Assembly: GCA_964187785.1 (NCBI GenBank)
Contig: OZ076409.1
Location: 42,596,001 to 42,660,000, forward strand
Source: Amphiscolops sp. MND2022
Taxonomy: Eukaryota
DNA length: 64,000 nt
Direction of reading: 5' to 3'
In this document: piece by piece, positions 1 through 12,599 of the stretch
Numbering within the stretch: position 1 is the first letter of the stretch
How the letters are laid out: every line of letters starts with the position of its first letter
Made by a program: the position numbers and the translations under genes
The notes under the pieces: generated by a model
Databases searched by the model: none
What the model saw: the letters and a program-made list of their open reading frames with translations, nothing else
What the model was told of the DNA's origin: nothing

Positions 1-178
1 ATTTCCATCGGTCTTTAGCCTCAATGCGAATTCAATTCTTTCTCCATGTGATCAACTTCAGTTTCCATCTGTTTTACATCTACATATTTCACGTGTATGC
101 TAGTTACATGTTTTTTAGTTGAAATTGGCAAGTTTTCATCACTGAAGCATCTTAAGGTGTCTAGGTCGTTACATATCG

Positions 179-1987
179 CTAGTTTATCAAAATTGCGTTG
201 TTAGTGTTTCTCAAGGCGTTTCGCACTGTTGTAATCTCGTATATGAGGAAGTCTGGATATGTTTTCGGAGTTGGGTTCTCCCGTAGCCCGTAGCTACTCT
301 GGTTTTTTCTAGACAGTCTAGAATTAATCCTATCCTCATCCTCAGTTCCTGCTTGCGTCCTCTGGTTTGCTTCTTTGGGTTGTTCGGTCCTGAGAGGTAA
401 TATCATCTCACTCTCATTGCGAGGGAGTGGCAGCATAATTTCTTCTTGCAATCCAAAGCGAACACTAAGCGGTCTAAAATCATTAATCTCAACCTCAACG
501 CGGGATTTGTCTGTTCTGGTGAGTAAATCGGGCATTGTCTCGATTTGTCTATCTTGTCTTGGTTCTATATGTCTGGTGACGGTTTCTTCTGAAGGTTCAT
601 TTTCGTTGAAGTCTTGGTCTAAATTGGTCTCTCCGTGTTGATATATTTTGTCGGTTCTCGGAAAATTCGAGTCAAACATGTCCGTATCTTCAACCCTTTC
701 AATATCTGGGTAAATTTGTTTGGACACACTTATGTCATCGATACTAAACTCCGGTTTGAAAGTTTGAAAAGTCTCAGACGCATGAGACGCACTGAGTTTT
801 GTGTTTCCCTATTTTCCGGATGATGTACTTACTATCGGACAGCACTTTCATCACCTTGTACGGTCCTTTCCAGTGGAATGTTTTAAACTCTTCCTTGCTA
901 CTCTGAGATTCCTACTTCAGGTCTAAGAGGAACACAAATTAGTTTACTTCCAGTGGTTGTGCTCCGGCTTTCCTATCAAAGTACATTTTGTACTTGTGAT
1001 AGGCAGAGATTATGTGGTCTGAATTTTCTCGGAATACCAAGTTCATTTTATCCAGAATCTCGTTTACGTCCTTGCACTTAGTCTCAGATTGTTTCTGTGA
1101 ACTTCTGAACCGTAGATCGAGCGAGTTATATGGGACCCATCCGTGGAATATCTCCGTCGGAGAACACTTCAATGAATCATGGTATGTTGTATTATGGGCC
1201 GTAATTGCTATATCGACATTGCGGTCCCATTGCGGTCTATCAGCTTTAAACTGTGATTAAGGATTTTCTTCAGCTTAGCGTGACTCCTCTCAACCATGCC
1301 TATTGTTTGAGCGTGCTTTATTGTCGCATGTGAGATGTGTATGTCAGCCGCCTTCGCAAGAGCAGTCAGTAGTTGATCAGTGAACGCTGTTTTTTAATCC
1401 GTCAGGATGTGCTTCAGCACATAGGCGTATCTCGTAAATTCAACAATAGTCCTTTAACTAGCCAGATTGCGTGTCTGGTCGTCTTAACGGTACTGTGAAC
1501 AAATATCTGGAAAGAACGTCAACTGCCGTTAGAATGTGCGTAAACCCGTTTGACGCAGGGAGTAGACCTACTATGTCTATTTCAAACATGTCTTCTGGTC
1601 CGTCGCAGGGGTCGCAGATTTTCTATAACGGTGGACGTAACTGGGACTCATTTAAGCTTTTCTATTTCATACAAATATCACATCCGTCTATCACCTTTTG
1701 GAATTGGGTTGCTAAACCTGGCGAGTAATATCTCTGACGTAATTCATGCAGCATTTTCTTTGAACCGGGTGTCTTTGTACTGGGCTGTTATGGCGTACCC
1801 TTATGATTTCTATTACACAGTTTGAAGGAACAACTTGCTGTTCATGAGACCCCAGGCCTGTGTGATTAAAGCACTGCCTGTACAGGACACCATTTACAAC
1901 TTGAAGTCTTTTACGGTTTTTGTAGAGTTTCTGAAAAAACTGGTCTTGCTTGTTAACTGGGTGTTGCAAAATTCCGAACCCTTCCAA
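179..1987 (-). pseudogene. Integrase and C-terminal tail fragments of Gypsy element 1
   Basis: LQVVNGVLYR...QQVVP...HNSPVQRH (zinc-finger start), core fragments including SPTEIFHG, and a tail ending YGLRENPTPKTYPDF. Confidence 0.8.
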
Positions 1988-2583
1988 CTCTCTACTCTTT
2001 TTTTGAATAACCCAGTTAGATTTCTGTTTTTCAATTAGATCGATCCCCTCAATGGGGGCTACCTTGACTCATTACCGATATAGATACCCTACGGATGAAT
2101 CTGGTGAGTTGTATTGGCTCATTCATGTCTGTGAGGCAGTACGTCAGATGGTTGTCAGTCACTTGGAATTCATCTGAGGCCGTTGTTTGCTCACAGTTGG
2201 AGGAAATCATCCAATCCTCATCGTCATGGACCACGCCAGTGCTGTCTGCAGAGGCCATCTGCTTAACACTGGTCAGTCGTTTGTGTCTAAGTTGTACACT
2301 TGTGGGAAGTAGTCAGGCTCGTCTTCTTCCTGCTTTGGAGTTCTGGAAGCAATGTCGATCTCGATTTAGTGAACTGGAATAGTATCAGTTAATTTCAAAT
2401 GAACACGATCTTCAGGTCTAACCTCAAGTTGAGTTAAGTAATCCGCCGCGGGATTTTCAACTCCTGGTACCTGTGCTAGCAAGAAATTAAACTGGAGAGT
2501 TTGATCTCAAAAATTCCAAAATGAAGGCAAGTTGTGTTTTGCCTAAAAAATCTGGTTAAAGCCTTATTGTCGGTCATAACGCC

Positions 2584-3795
2584 CTACAAAATGTGGCCAA
2601 ACTCGTCGAATGCAAAATGTATAGCTAAAAACTTCTTGGCATACATTGTTAGAGACATTTGGCTTCCTTGGAACTTCTTGGATCCAAGTGCGACAGGGGC
2701 GTATGTTTGTTTTGCTGACGGGTCAGCATGATCTTCAATCAATAAAACATAGCCGGCAACGTGTTCGCTGGCATCACACATCACCAGTTGTATATCAGGT
2801 AACGGAAACTTCAAGGACACTTTGGTTGCTTTTAACAGAGTTTCATTAATTTCAAAAATTGCGCCTTTGAGCTGTTGTTCTAATATAAAAGGGACATCTT
2901 TTTTGATGAGTTCCTGTAAACGGCATGTTTTATCTGCTAAGCGGGGAATGTAAGACCTATAAAAATTAACGAACCCGAGGTAACGTTGAAGTGCGTTTAC
3001 AGAGTTTGGGGGTTTCAATTTTGTTTAAAAATCGGTAACTCGTTTTCCAATGGGAGCAATGCCAGTACTTGAAAAGGTTTTCCCAAATTACTCTGTTTGT
3101 TTTTGTACGAAGTCACATTTACCCATGCTGAGTTTTAAACCGGCTTTGTCCAGTTGCTGAAATACAAGTTCAAGGTTAGTAATCAGTTCTTATTAACAAC
3201 ATATCAACAATATCAACAACATATTGGGCACACCGGTCCGCTTTGACCAAAGGGTCCAAATTCTCGCGCACTACACTTGTGAATGCAGATAAAGAACGGT
3301 TGAGACCCTGTGCTGGACGTGAAAATGCAAAAGTTCCAGAACCAAAGTTGAAGGATAACAGCTGTACAGATTGCTTATCAGTCATGAGGATACAATGGTA
3401 GATCTGGGAAGAGTCGAGTTTACAAATATACCTTTTCCCGGCCATGTGTTGAGCAGCGTCAGCAATTGTAGTTACGGGGTGGTTGTGCTCTCCGTAATCG
3501 TTCTTGATGAGATGGTTTATTCTTTTTGAGTCAACTAAAACCCTCAATTTACCATGTGGTTTTCGTTGGGCAAAAATTGGGGACGAAAATTTGCTATAAG
3601 GTCGTTTTTATCCCATACTTTTGAATTAGAGCTAACTAATTCCACGAGCAAATCGTCTTTCAAAATTGTTCGAGTAGGGAGACTTTGCGAATAAACAGGT
3701 TCGTTGTGCTGGGGTGTTAATTTAACTTTAAAATCAGTATTCATGCCAATGTCAAAACGTTGTCTAGCAAAAATGGAGTTGTACTTTACCAGCAA
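2584..3795 (-). pseudogene. Reverse transcriptase and RNase H fragments of Gypsy element 1
   Basis: VLVDSKRIN, ICKLDSSQIYHCI, PAQGL, YVVDI (degenerate YxDD), YLGFVNFYRSYIP, CDAS. Confidence 0.88.
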
Positions 3796-4300
3796 CTTCT
3801 CTACCTGTATTCGTTGAGCCGGTGTGAGAAGCGATTCGTCCCCCGGTGATACTTTTCAGGAAGTTCATCCGTTGCTCATGGGATTTGGACGGGTCAAGCT
3901 TCGCGAGTTCTTGTAGTGCCAGAATCTCATCGTACATTCGACGCTCAATTGCATTGAGTTTATCTGGTTCACTGCACGTCTCTGGTGCTGGGTACCACTT
4001 TGTTGCTTTCATGTCAGGGTTCACGAACAGTTGATTGATCACTGCTTCCGCCTCGTCTGGAAGTTTGGTGATCAAGTTCAAGTGTTCCATAGGCATGGAC
4101 GTGATGTTTGCCCCCTGGTGTGGTCTTGAGATGCGGAAATGTGCCAGTGTGGTGTTGGCAACAAGTGTGAACGTGTGGTTGTTTGCGTCGGTGACCTGGA
4201 TTGTCGTCTTGCCTCCGTCAAGGTCAAGCAACGTTGGTGAAACAAGCAAGCATGTCTTCCGCAAGAAGGCTGGAGACCCCTCAACTGTTCCAGTTGTGAG

Positions 4301-4834
4301 TTAGATGTCCGCGTCGCTGTCGACCTGTATCATCACTTGTTGGAAAGGAGGGATCACTGTTCTAGCACTGGAATATAAACTGATTAATCCGGTTTTTAAT
4401 TTGTTATTTTTCTGTTGTCGAACATGCACAAACATCATGTGCTTAGGGAAGTGGACAAGGTGGTTTTTGATGTTAAGACTTGCCGATAACTTTTCAAAGA
4501 AGGATATTCCGATTAGAATTGTTCCCATTGTGGGTAGGATAAAGAATGTTTCTTCAAAAACTTTTCCAGCTACATAAAATCTTAGTAAGACTTGCTTACG
4601 AACTGGGACTAAGTTTCCGTTTGCGAACTGGATCCCAGAATTCGGGGAGTGGGGAGGGTTGTTTTCTTGGGACAGCCTCAGTGTGGGCCGTTGTTTTTTT
4701 TGTTGTTCGGCTTCGGACATAGCGCTTTGAATTGCGCCTGTATCAAGGAGTGCATTGTTTTCGTATTTATTGAAATAAAGGGGGATATACAACATTTTAT
4801 CCCTTTTGTTTAAATGTAAAGTAGGACTAGGCAC
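4301..4834 (-). pseudogene. Retroviral-type aspartic protease region of Gypsy element 1
   Basis: ALLDTGA catalytic motif, with downstream FANG and ILIGISF (ILGxD-like) motifs. Confidence 0.85.
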
Positions 4835-7800
4835 ATCAATTATGGTTTTGGTTGCATGTTTTGTGTTTTTAAGAAAACTACTGTTTTAAGCTACAAGTTT
4901 TTTGTGTGTGTTCTTTGTAGTCTGTGTAAGTGTGTCGTCAGTCAGATGATTGTTGTTCATCTTTTTGGCATCATCCACATGCCTCATGGTGTTTTTTGCC
5001 AGTTCATGTTTATGTCATCGTCAATGTCACCGAGTGGGGAGAATCTGCTACCGGCCTGGTGAGTTGAATTTCCCATCACTTTGGCATCGTGAGTGCATCT
5101 GCGTTCGGATAACTCAAACACTGACCTTCAAATTTCGCACGTTCTGGGTGTGACGTTGTGGGCGGCGACTTGCTATTTGTGTTTGTGTTTGTCAAAGTGA
5201 CCGCGTTAAAGGGCTGAATTGTCGTCTGGGGCGACGTAAATTGTTGGTATTGGTACTTACGCAATAAGTAAGTCTTGACTTCCTCGGGGGAACTCTCTTC
5301 CTTGTTGGCCATGGTGAGTTCTTGCTGAATCTCGACCGAAAGTTTGCCGAACAAGAACATCTTGATAACCTTGTCAACTTCTGGCCCAAAAACTTGTTTG
5401 GCGAACTTTTTTCAGGCTTTTGAGGAAATCTCCAGTTGTTTCTGATGTGGGATCGTATCTGGCCTGATCCCATTTGTAACGGGCCACTTCCTTCAGGTCC
5501 TCTTTGGCGAATTTTTTTTGAAGAGGTCTAGCACTTTTTTCAGTGTGGTTTGTGACGTAGTTTGAACTGACTGCCAACTTTCTATGTCGTCATCTCTCAG
5601 AAGCCTCTGGAAGAAATGAAGCTCATTCTCTTCGGTGATCTTGTTTGCTAGTGGCCTCAGGTGGTTCAGTGGTAGATGTTCAAATTCAACGAATTTGTCT
5701 TTTTGTCCTCTGAAATTCGGGACGTGTGTCTGCAGCAGTTTGGTGGTTGTCGTTGTATTTTAATACGTTGGGGGATTGTTTCGATGGCATTTAACAGTCG
5801 TTCTTCCTTGCTTCTTGGGGTTGCATCTCCGTCGTTATCGACGTCGTCATCATGGTATTGTCGACTATTGGATGTAAATGTCGGTGGGAGTCAGGTGGAG
5901 TGGGTCTCTATAACTCCTGTCACCCTGTCAAGCCTACTACGAGACTGTTTTGAAGAACCCTGGGAACTGCTTGGGGGGCCATCTTCGTTTGGTTTGTTTA
6001 TGATAGCCATCATCAGGTCCTTCGGGTGACTGAATTCTGCTTGCAATTCATTTATTTCCTTCTCATAATTCTCCCTTATTTCGGTTAACTGGGAAGAAAT
6101 GTCGGAGTTGTCGTTGAAATCAGAATCTGCGATGTTTGAGTCAGTCATTGCGGAATATATCACAGTATTCGTTTTGGGTGGAAAATCAATGATCTTGCCG
6201 TTTCTAAGTTTGGTTCCTTGTTTTATGCTCATGTGACTATGAGAAGATGGTATTGAGCAAAGACTGGATTCTTTGATGGTTTATCGATGAATTATTCACT
6301 ATTTTGTATCTTTTGGGAATATACTCAATTCACTAATCTGAACTGCGACAGCTTTTCGATGAGTTTACTTGGAATCAAACAGACGGTTTCAAATGAGGTG
6401 ATTTAACACGGATATTTGGTGGAGTTCACCACAAACTCATCAGTGTATATCGTAACGAATTGAGTAGTCAGCTAGTGATTTAAAACTAGTTATCAAGGTA
6501 AATGTCGATGGATTTCGGATGGAAAATGTTGGCGTTTTATCCCAACTGTACTGAACTAGTCGTAATCATTCTCTGACTAATCAATATTGGCAGTTCAAAT
6601 TGCACCAATTGGCGTGTCTTGTTCGGATGGTAAGACTCAATTCTTACCATCGTTTGCTCTCATTGGTTAAACGAGTTGGTGTTAATTGGTAAGTCATTTG
6701 ACTACCACTGGTGCGAATTGCCGCAGCATGGCCACCTCATTTGTAAAATCTGCATATTGCGCTAATTAATAATGAATCAAAACTTCACAGCTTTTGAAAT
6801 CGCCTGCACAAATACAATAGTAACCATCGAGACACAAATGCAATGAGAATTCACATCCAAATTACAAGTACTAAATCACCATCAAGCCAAATGCACCAAC
6901 TGATGACTAAACGATTAATTCTAAGTAATACAGACCACATTAGCCACTTTTTGGGATCAGTGATGGTTAAACGATGAATAAAGGATGAACTTCCCCTCAG
7001 ATTTACCATTTCTAACACACTTTCGAATTCTTCGTCAGTGAGAAATCGATGAACTTTCCAAATATGCCAGTTACCCAGCACAATCGCTCTTTTATGGATG
7101 AAATTAAGATGTACTTTCTCATTCTCATCTTTCTCTAGCACTATGATAATCTTCTGATGTGTTCTGCGATTGGAAATTGAGAAGTACATTAAATCGTATT
7201 ATCATCACTTTAAATCATAGGCACACCAAGCAAGTTCGCTGATGAACTTGTGATGTATTACTGGTGTTAAAACGACCAAATTATGATAAGCGATGAGTTA
7301 GTAATGAGTTTAGACTTTTAGGTTTAAGTTGCGCAATATCCGCTGATGGATTTGCGTTGAAATTACGTATTCAAGCTCCGTATATAAAGCGACTGTAAAT
7401 CTGCTGATGGATTAACGATGAATTTTGTATAATTCATCAAAGAATGTGATCAGCAAATCCGCTGATAGATTTGTGATGAATTTACAGCAAATGCACCAAT
7501 CAATGCGCCAATACACTCTAACTCGTCTCGTTGATGTAAAAAGATGAAACTTTCGGTCTATGAGTCGCATTAAGTAGTATTGATGAGATTCTACGATGAG
7601 GACCTGTCACAATGGTTTGCTCTGAGGCGGGAGCTTGCCAAGTAACTTGAAATCCATCTCTTTTCCCTCTGTCTGTATTGTCTGACCGAAAAAAGTTTTC
7701 TCCCTTATCGTGACAAACCACATTTTTTTGGTATAGCACCTTAATTGGCATGATCATGTATGCGGACTTCGGAACTAGAGTGCTCAATTTTAGTTAAATA

Positions 7801-8649
7801 CATATCTCAAACTCAAGAGGGGAAAAATGGGATTAGGTACAAGTAACGTTGCGCACAACCATAGCTTTTTTTATATGACTTCATATTGCTAATAGATAAG
7901 TACATAAGTTTTTTACACTACATACTTTTAGTAGGTTATCTTTCCATCATGCTGGCATGACAGTCATTGTTCTGAAAATGCCCAAAACCAACTAACGAAA
8001 TGAAAACTTTTCGACCGAATGTCGAAACAAGCACTTTTTCTCATTACTTCTTGGTGTAGCAAAAAAATTCCGAATTTTTTCACACTTTGGTACCCATCAA
8101 CGATTTGATTAGCCTGTATGCGTGTAATTGTTATTAAAAGTTGTGGCGCTGTTCCAACTTGATATGGGTTTTCGTCTGTTAAAAGTTGTCGCTTGATACA
8201 CTAGGGTTTTAAGGAACTTGAGACACTCGATTTCGTTTTTTTTTACATATTCACAAAAGTTTCTACCTATTCAACTAACATAAAGGTCCCCGGGGTAGTA
8301 CTTTTCAATTTCCATGAGAATTTCAGGATAATTTTTGTCTCAAAACAAAAATACAAAACGAATAACACTTACTTAATTTTTGACTTTTCTGAAAGTTATC
8401 ATGTGACAACTCAGAAACCGCTGCTGGAAACAAAAAATGTGTACAACAAACTCTGTACCTTTGAATCAGATCTCTAATTTTTAACTTCAACGCTTTTTCT
8501 GAAATTGCCTTATTGAAGTGATAGCACCACAAAATGATCACAAAGGGCGAAATTTTTATCGTTGCACTCTCAAAATGCTTCGGTGGTATTACCACTGTTT
8601 TTGGCTGTTCAGGTTTTAAAAACTCATTTACAGGGGAAGTTTGGAATAA

Positions 8650-9635
8650 CCCTCCATAGATATCTTAGAAAGCTGTTGGCAAGATCTTGGAACAATCGTA
8701 GCTAGCATCTTGTTAAGATCTTGCAATGGCATTGATTTTGCCATTGTAAGATCTTATCAAGAGAGCCAAGTTCCCAAGAAAATATTTTTTGTATAGCTCT
8801 TTTTGTCCAACAAAAATCTGAAAGCAAGTCAACAAAAACCAAAAACTACGCACGTTTAATTTGTTATACATGACAATTTTCTGTTAGCAAGGTAAAAAAC
8901 TTGATTTGATTGAAGAGTCTCAATTCTGTTTATTTAGGGAGGCACTGATTAAAATGTTCTATCAATTGCAAAACCGTTGCCAGCAATGGCGTCGGAAAAT
9001 CCTCGAGCTGACTTATTTTTCAAACCTGGCAATGACTGCGGTTTCCAGCAGTAATGTGGCTGTTGAAATAGGCCTAAAGAAAGCAGGAGACATCATTTTA
9101 CAAAAAATCCGGATTTCTAAGTGTTCACTGTGTCACTTTTCGATAGTGGTTTTGGACGTATCTCTGGGATCGACAGGAGTGATAAGTTACAAGTTTTCAA
9201 AAGCCCCTGAAATGAGCTTCCATTTGGTACATTCGCATTTCTCAGTCTTAAACAGGTGAGGAGTTATTAGGATTCGCTTCAGAATTTTGGAAGCCAGAAT
9301 TTGTTCTCGTAATTTTTTGCACATTTTTTCATGCAAATTTGTTTCAGCAGGTTGAAGCTTATCGATTATGAAAACGAGTATAAATAGTCGTTGTTGGGTG
9401 AAATGATACTTTAGATTGAGTCTCAGCTGCTTGGACCGAAGGTATAGTAATTTTTTATAATCTTAGAATTTTGTCATTTTGTCCAGCGTGATAAGATACG
9501 ATCTTGTGATAATGATATCCTTACTAAGATCTTAGTAGGAATCTTGCCATGGGATCCATGGTTGCCAAGATGTAGTAAGAGTTTGCCAAGATCTTGCCAT
9601 GGCAGCCAAGATGCTAGTAACAGGGTCAACCCGGG
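8650..9635. mobile_element. Degenerate non-autonomous TIR element with CAAGATCTTG-type sub-terminal arrays
   Basis: Arrays of (GG)CAAGATCTTG / GCATCTTG motifs at 8670-8765 and 9490-9615. The right end is ...CAACCCGGG; the left terminus is eroded. Confidence 0.45.
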
Positions 9636-10399
9636 AGTGTTTAAAATAAAAAATGAAGGACGATGCCAAGGCTACAAAGTCAGGGGAACTTTTTGTTCTT
9701 GCCAGTTGTGTTTTTGGGAAACTGCATAAGAACATTCGAAATTTCATAATTCCTCGAATTACCATGTGATATAATTTTGTATGTTCCATTCGATTTCCCA
9801 ACAAAAAACTGTTGAAATTCTGATCAAAATCTGAGAAACTTTTGCACCTTGAATTTTTAGTTGATTCATGCACCAAGAAAAACGCGCTTGAAAGTTTGAG
9901 CCTGTGATAATAGCTGTTTTCAGCTTTTTCGTACAATGAGTTGTCGCTGTGACGAACAAAAGTATTTTTTAAAAAAACACTGAAGTAGTAAACCGTCATG
10001 TTTTTAGCTTTTGCAGAAAGAAGGGATGAGCAATTCATTTCTCAGTTGGCGTTTTTTAAACAGGTTTTTACACTTTTTACTAGGATTTATTATTGTATTC
10101 AAGAACAGAGCATTTTCCACAAAACTCAAAGAGAAAAGTGTCTGAAAATCAAAATGTGCAAAAATGTCTTTTAGATTTTTGTTTTTTGGACATGTTTCGA
10201 ACACTTTTTTTGCCAAAATAGTTCATGGCAAAAAGAAACGTGCCTAACGGGCGTCTTGTTTAGTTTTAGTCCCCAATAAAATTTTATCTTTCAAGATAAT
10301 TCTCATTGCTTATCGGATGTTTTTATCCTTTTAAATTTATTATTCAACGATGTGATCCGAAGTTAGATGTTTGCATGAAAGTTCATGTTCTTTGTAATT

Positions 10400-10900
10400 C
10401 TGAAGTACTTATACAGAAAATTTTGTGTCGAAAAAGGTGTAGACTCGACCTACACACACTTTTCTCAGGGGATTTTGGGACTGTACTCCCCACGATGCCT
10501 GGCAATGTTATCACAGTTTGCCTTGTTTCTGTACTTCCTTTCACGGAGATGATTGACGTAACTGTTCACGGCATGCTCACGTGGTCGCTGATTAATTGAG
10601 TATTTCACACTTGGTAAGTGTGAACAACTAAGGCGGGCCTTCATCTCTATGTCGCCAATTATCTTTAGGTATTCGCCTTTTTTGTTTTCACTTGGTCCCC
10701 ACCAGTTTTCCCCGTTGCTTTTTTCTAATTGGACCCTGCATTTTGTTGTTTGGCATTTTCACACTTAATTTATTAACGGCATACTTTTTCACAAAGTGCG
10801 TACCAACGTGTTCAATGTTATACCCTTATCTTGTACGTTAACAATTGGCAGTGCTTGCGTTTGCACTTTTTGTCAAATTTCCTCAGGCCGTGGCATTCCA
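10400..10900 (-). pseudogene. Possible FLYWCH-like zinc-finger / Mutator transposase N-terminal remnant
   Basis: Manual translation across frameshifts: GYNIEHVGTHFVKKYAVNKLSV/KCQTTKCRVQLEK, followed by about 90 stop-free codons (ENWWGP...YSPKIP). Confidence 0.3.
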
Positions 10901-12599
10901 ACCGCCATAAATGACAAGGTTATAACCGATCGATTAGCGGGATAGACGCAAAAGCAGAAATAGCCCCGTAGCGCAACGGAACTCCACGTGTTGCAACTAT
11001 GTTGACATTTTGTTGCCTGTGGGTACTTTTTAAAAAATCGATATAATAAGACATCGGAGCCGTGGCTGAGATTGAATGACATATTGAGCAACTCAACTCG
11101 ATTTAAACAGCTTCAGATTCGCTTCCAGTCTTGGCGGTTTCAATCATAGTACAGAGCCTGATCATTTTACTATACCTCTAGTTGCATTCCCAGTACTGCT
11201 ATGAATCTTTTCAAATGCAGAATCTACAGAATTATTAAAAAGCAGGTCACCTATGCAAAGGGAAAGCAATTGTGACTTCCTTTATAATTTATTGCTCTCT
11301 TTCTTGGAAAAGGACAACTAATGTCAGTATCAATTAGTCTCGAATACTTCTCTCCTTAAAACATAGTCGCTATAGCGAAGAATCCGACAACTTCCCCATT
11401 AGCGCCTCAATTGTATTGTCACACATTTCAATGAAAATCGGTTTTCGGTGTAATTTCGTGATGTAGAAATTGAATTGTTTTACCGACAACTCGACAACTC
11501 AAATTCTAAGGCAAGGTACATTTTGGCCAGAGTTTCAAAATTTATGTTTCAATACATGTACCAAAGTTTTTCTTACATTCATGTTACTATCGGACTACTG
11601 CTCATAAAATGAACTTTTTTGTGTAATTTGGTCATACACATACATGTATGTTATACGGTGTCATACCGGAACCAATTCATTCATACGTCAATCAAGAAAA
11701 CTGTCAAAATTGTACCAGCTAAAACGATCTTTCTACGTTTACTAACAATCTTGTGTTAGAATAAATAGATATAGAATCATTCCACAGACCAAATTGATGT
11801 AGAATAGCCGATGAAGAGATTTTTCTAGAAACATAATCTTTTTACTAACAAGCTGAAATAAACCAGTACAAATGTGCATTCAGTACAAAAATGTAACTCA
11901 ACAAGCAAATATCTAAACAGTACAAGGAGTAAAGATAATCTTGTTGTGGAAAATACCCTCGGGACACAATTTTTCGATTTTTCTCGATTTTTTAAAAAAA
12001 GAAACAGCCAACCTTTAACATCGGAGTTACAACAGTCGATATCTCTGAACAACAGCCCAATTGAGCTCGTCTGAATTTTTTCTGAATTAGAAAGCATCTG
12101 AAATAATTTCATATCCTTTTCTAAAGTAAATGGTACATGGTACCACCTGTTGACAACAGCGAGTAGTGTAGGTCAAATTTTATGGTCAATGAATGAAAAA
12201 AAGTTATCTCATGGGGGTGATGAAAAATGTACGGAAGCCTTTTGGGGACATTTGACTCAGAGGTTGATGGTTCTTGTACAAATGGTGCTTGCTGTGTAGT
12301 CGGGTTGTTTGTGATAGTCTGTCGGACTTGATCACAGTGATTTGGTTTTGAAGGACAGAAGGTTCAACCAACTGGCCTGGTACATTCTGGAGTGAACTCC
12401 TTCACAATCCTCATCGAATGCGCGACATTAAATGCGCGACTTGGGATGAACGCAGAGACAGCCCATGTTGAACACTCCCTGCGAATCTGTTCCGATCCGT
12501 ACATATTTTGGCAGATATTCCATGATTTTTTGAAATTTAAGCAGTCGTGAATACAGGTTTGAACATGAAATTAGTTGATAGAAAAGTGCTCTACAAGAT

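Larger units (their letters stand above)
179..6232 (-). mobile_element. Decayed Ty3/Gypsy LTR retrotransposon (internal gag-pol region); LTRs not resolved
   Basis: Minus-strand ORF fragments in Gypsy order: gag-like (5076-6232), protease ALLDTGAIQS (4301-4834), RT (KLDSSQIYH, YVVDIV; 3176-3795), RT thumb/RNase H (LQRYLGFVNFYRSYIP, CDASEHVAGYVL; 2584-3018), integrase fragments (939-1987) and a C-terminal tail (179-727). Many frameshifts and stops. Confidence 0.92.

Noticed and set aside
9532..10038. 168-aa ORF
   Set aside because: Crosses a TIR-element boundary and has no recognisable motif; probably a chance frame.
11649..11760. Possible 5' LTR for Gypsy 2 (starts TGTTATACGGT like 15549)
   Set aside because: Similarity stops after 11 nt, and no PBS or gag follows.
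12240..12530. Coding-looking minus-strand segment (MEYLPKYVRIG...CLCVHPK)
   Set aside because: All frames are interrupted and no family is recognisable; it cannot be supported without a search.
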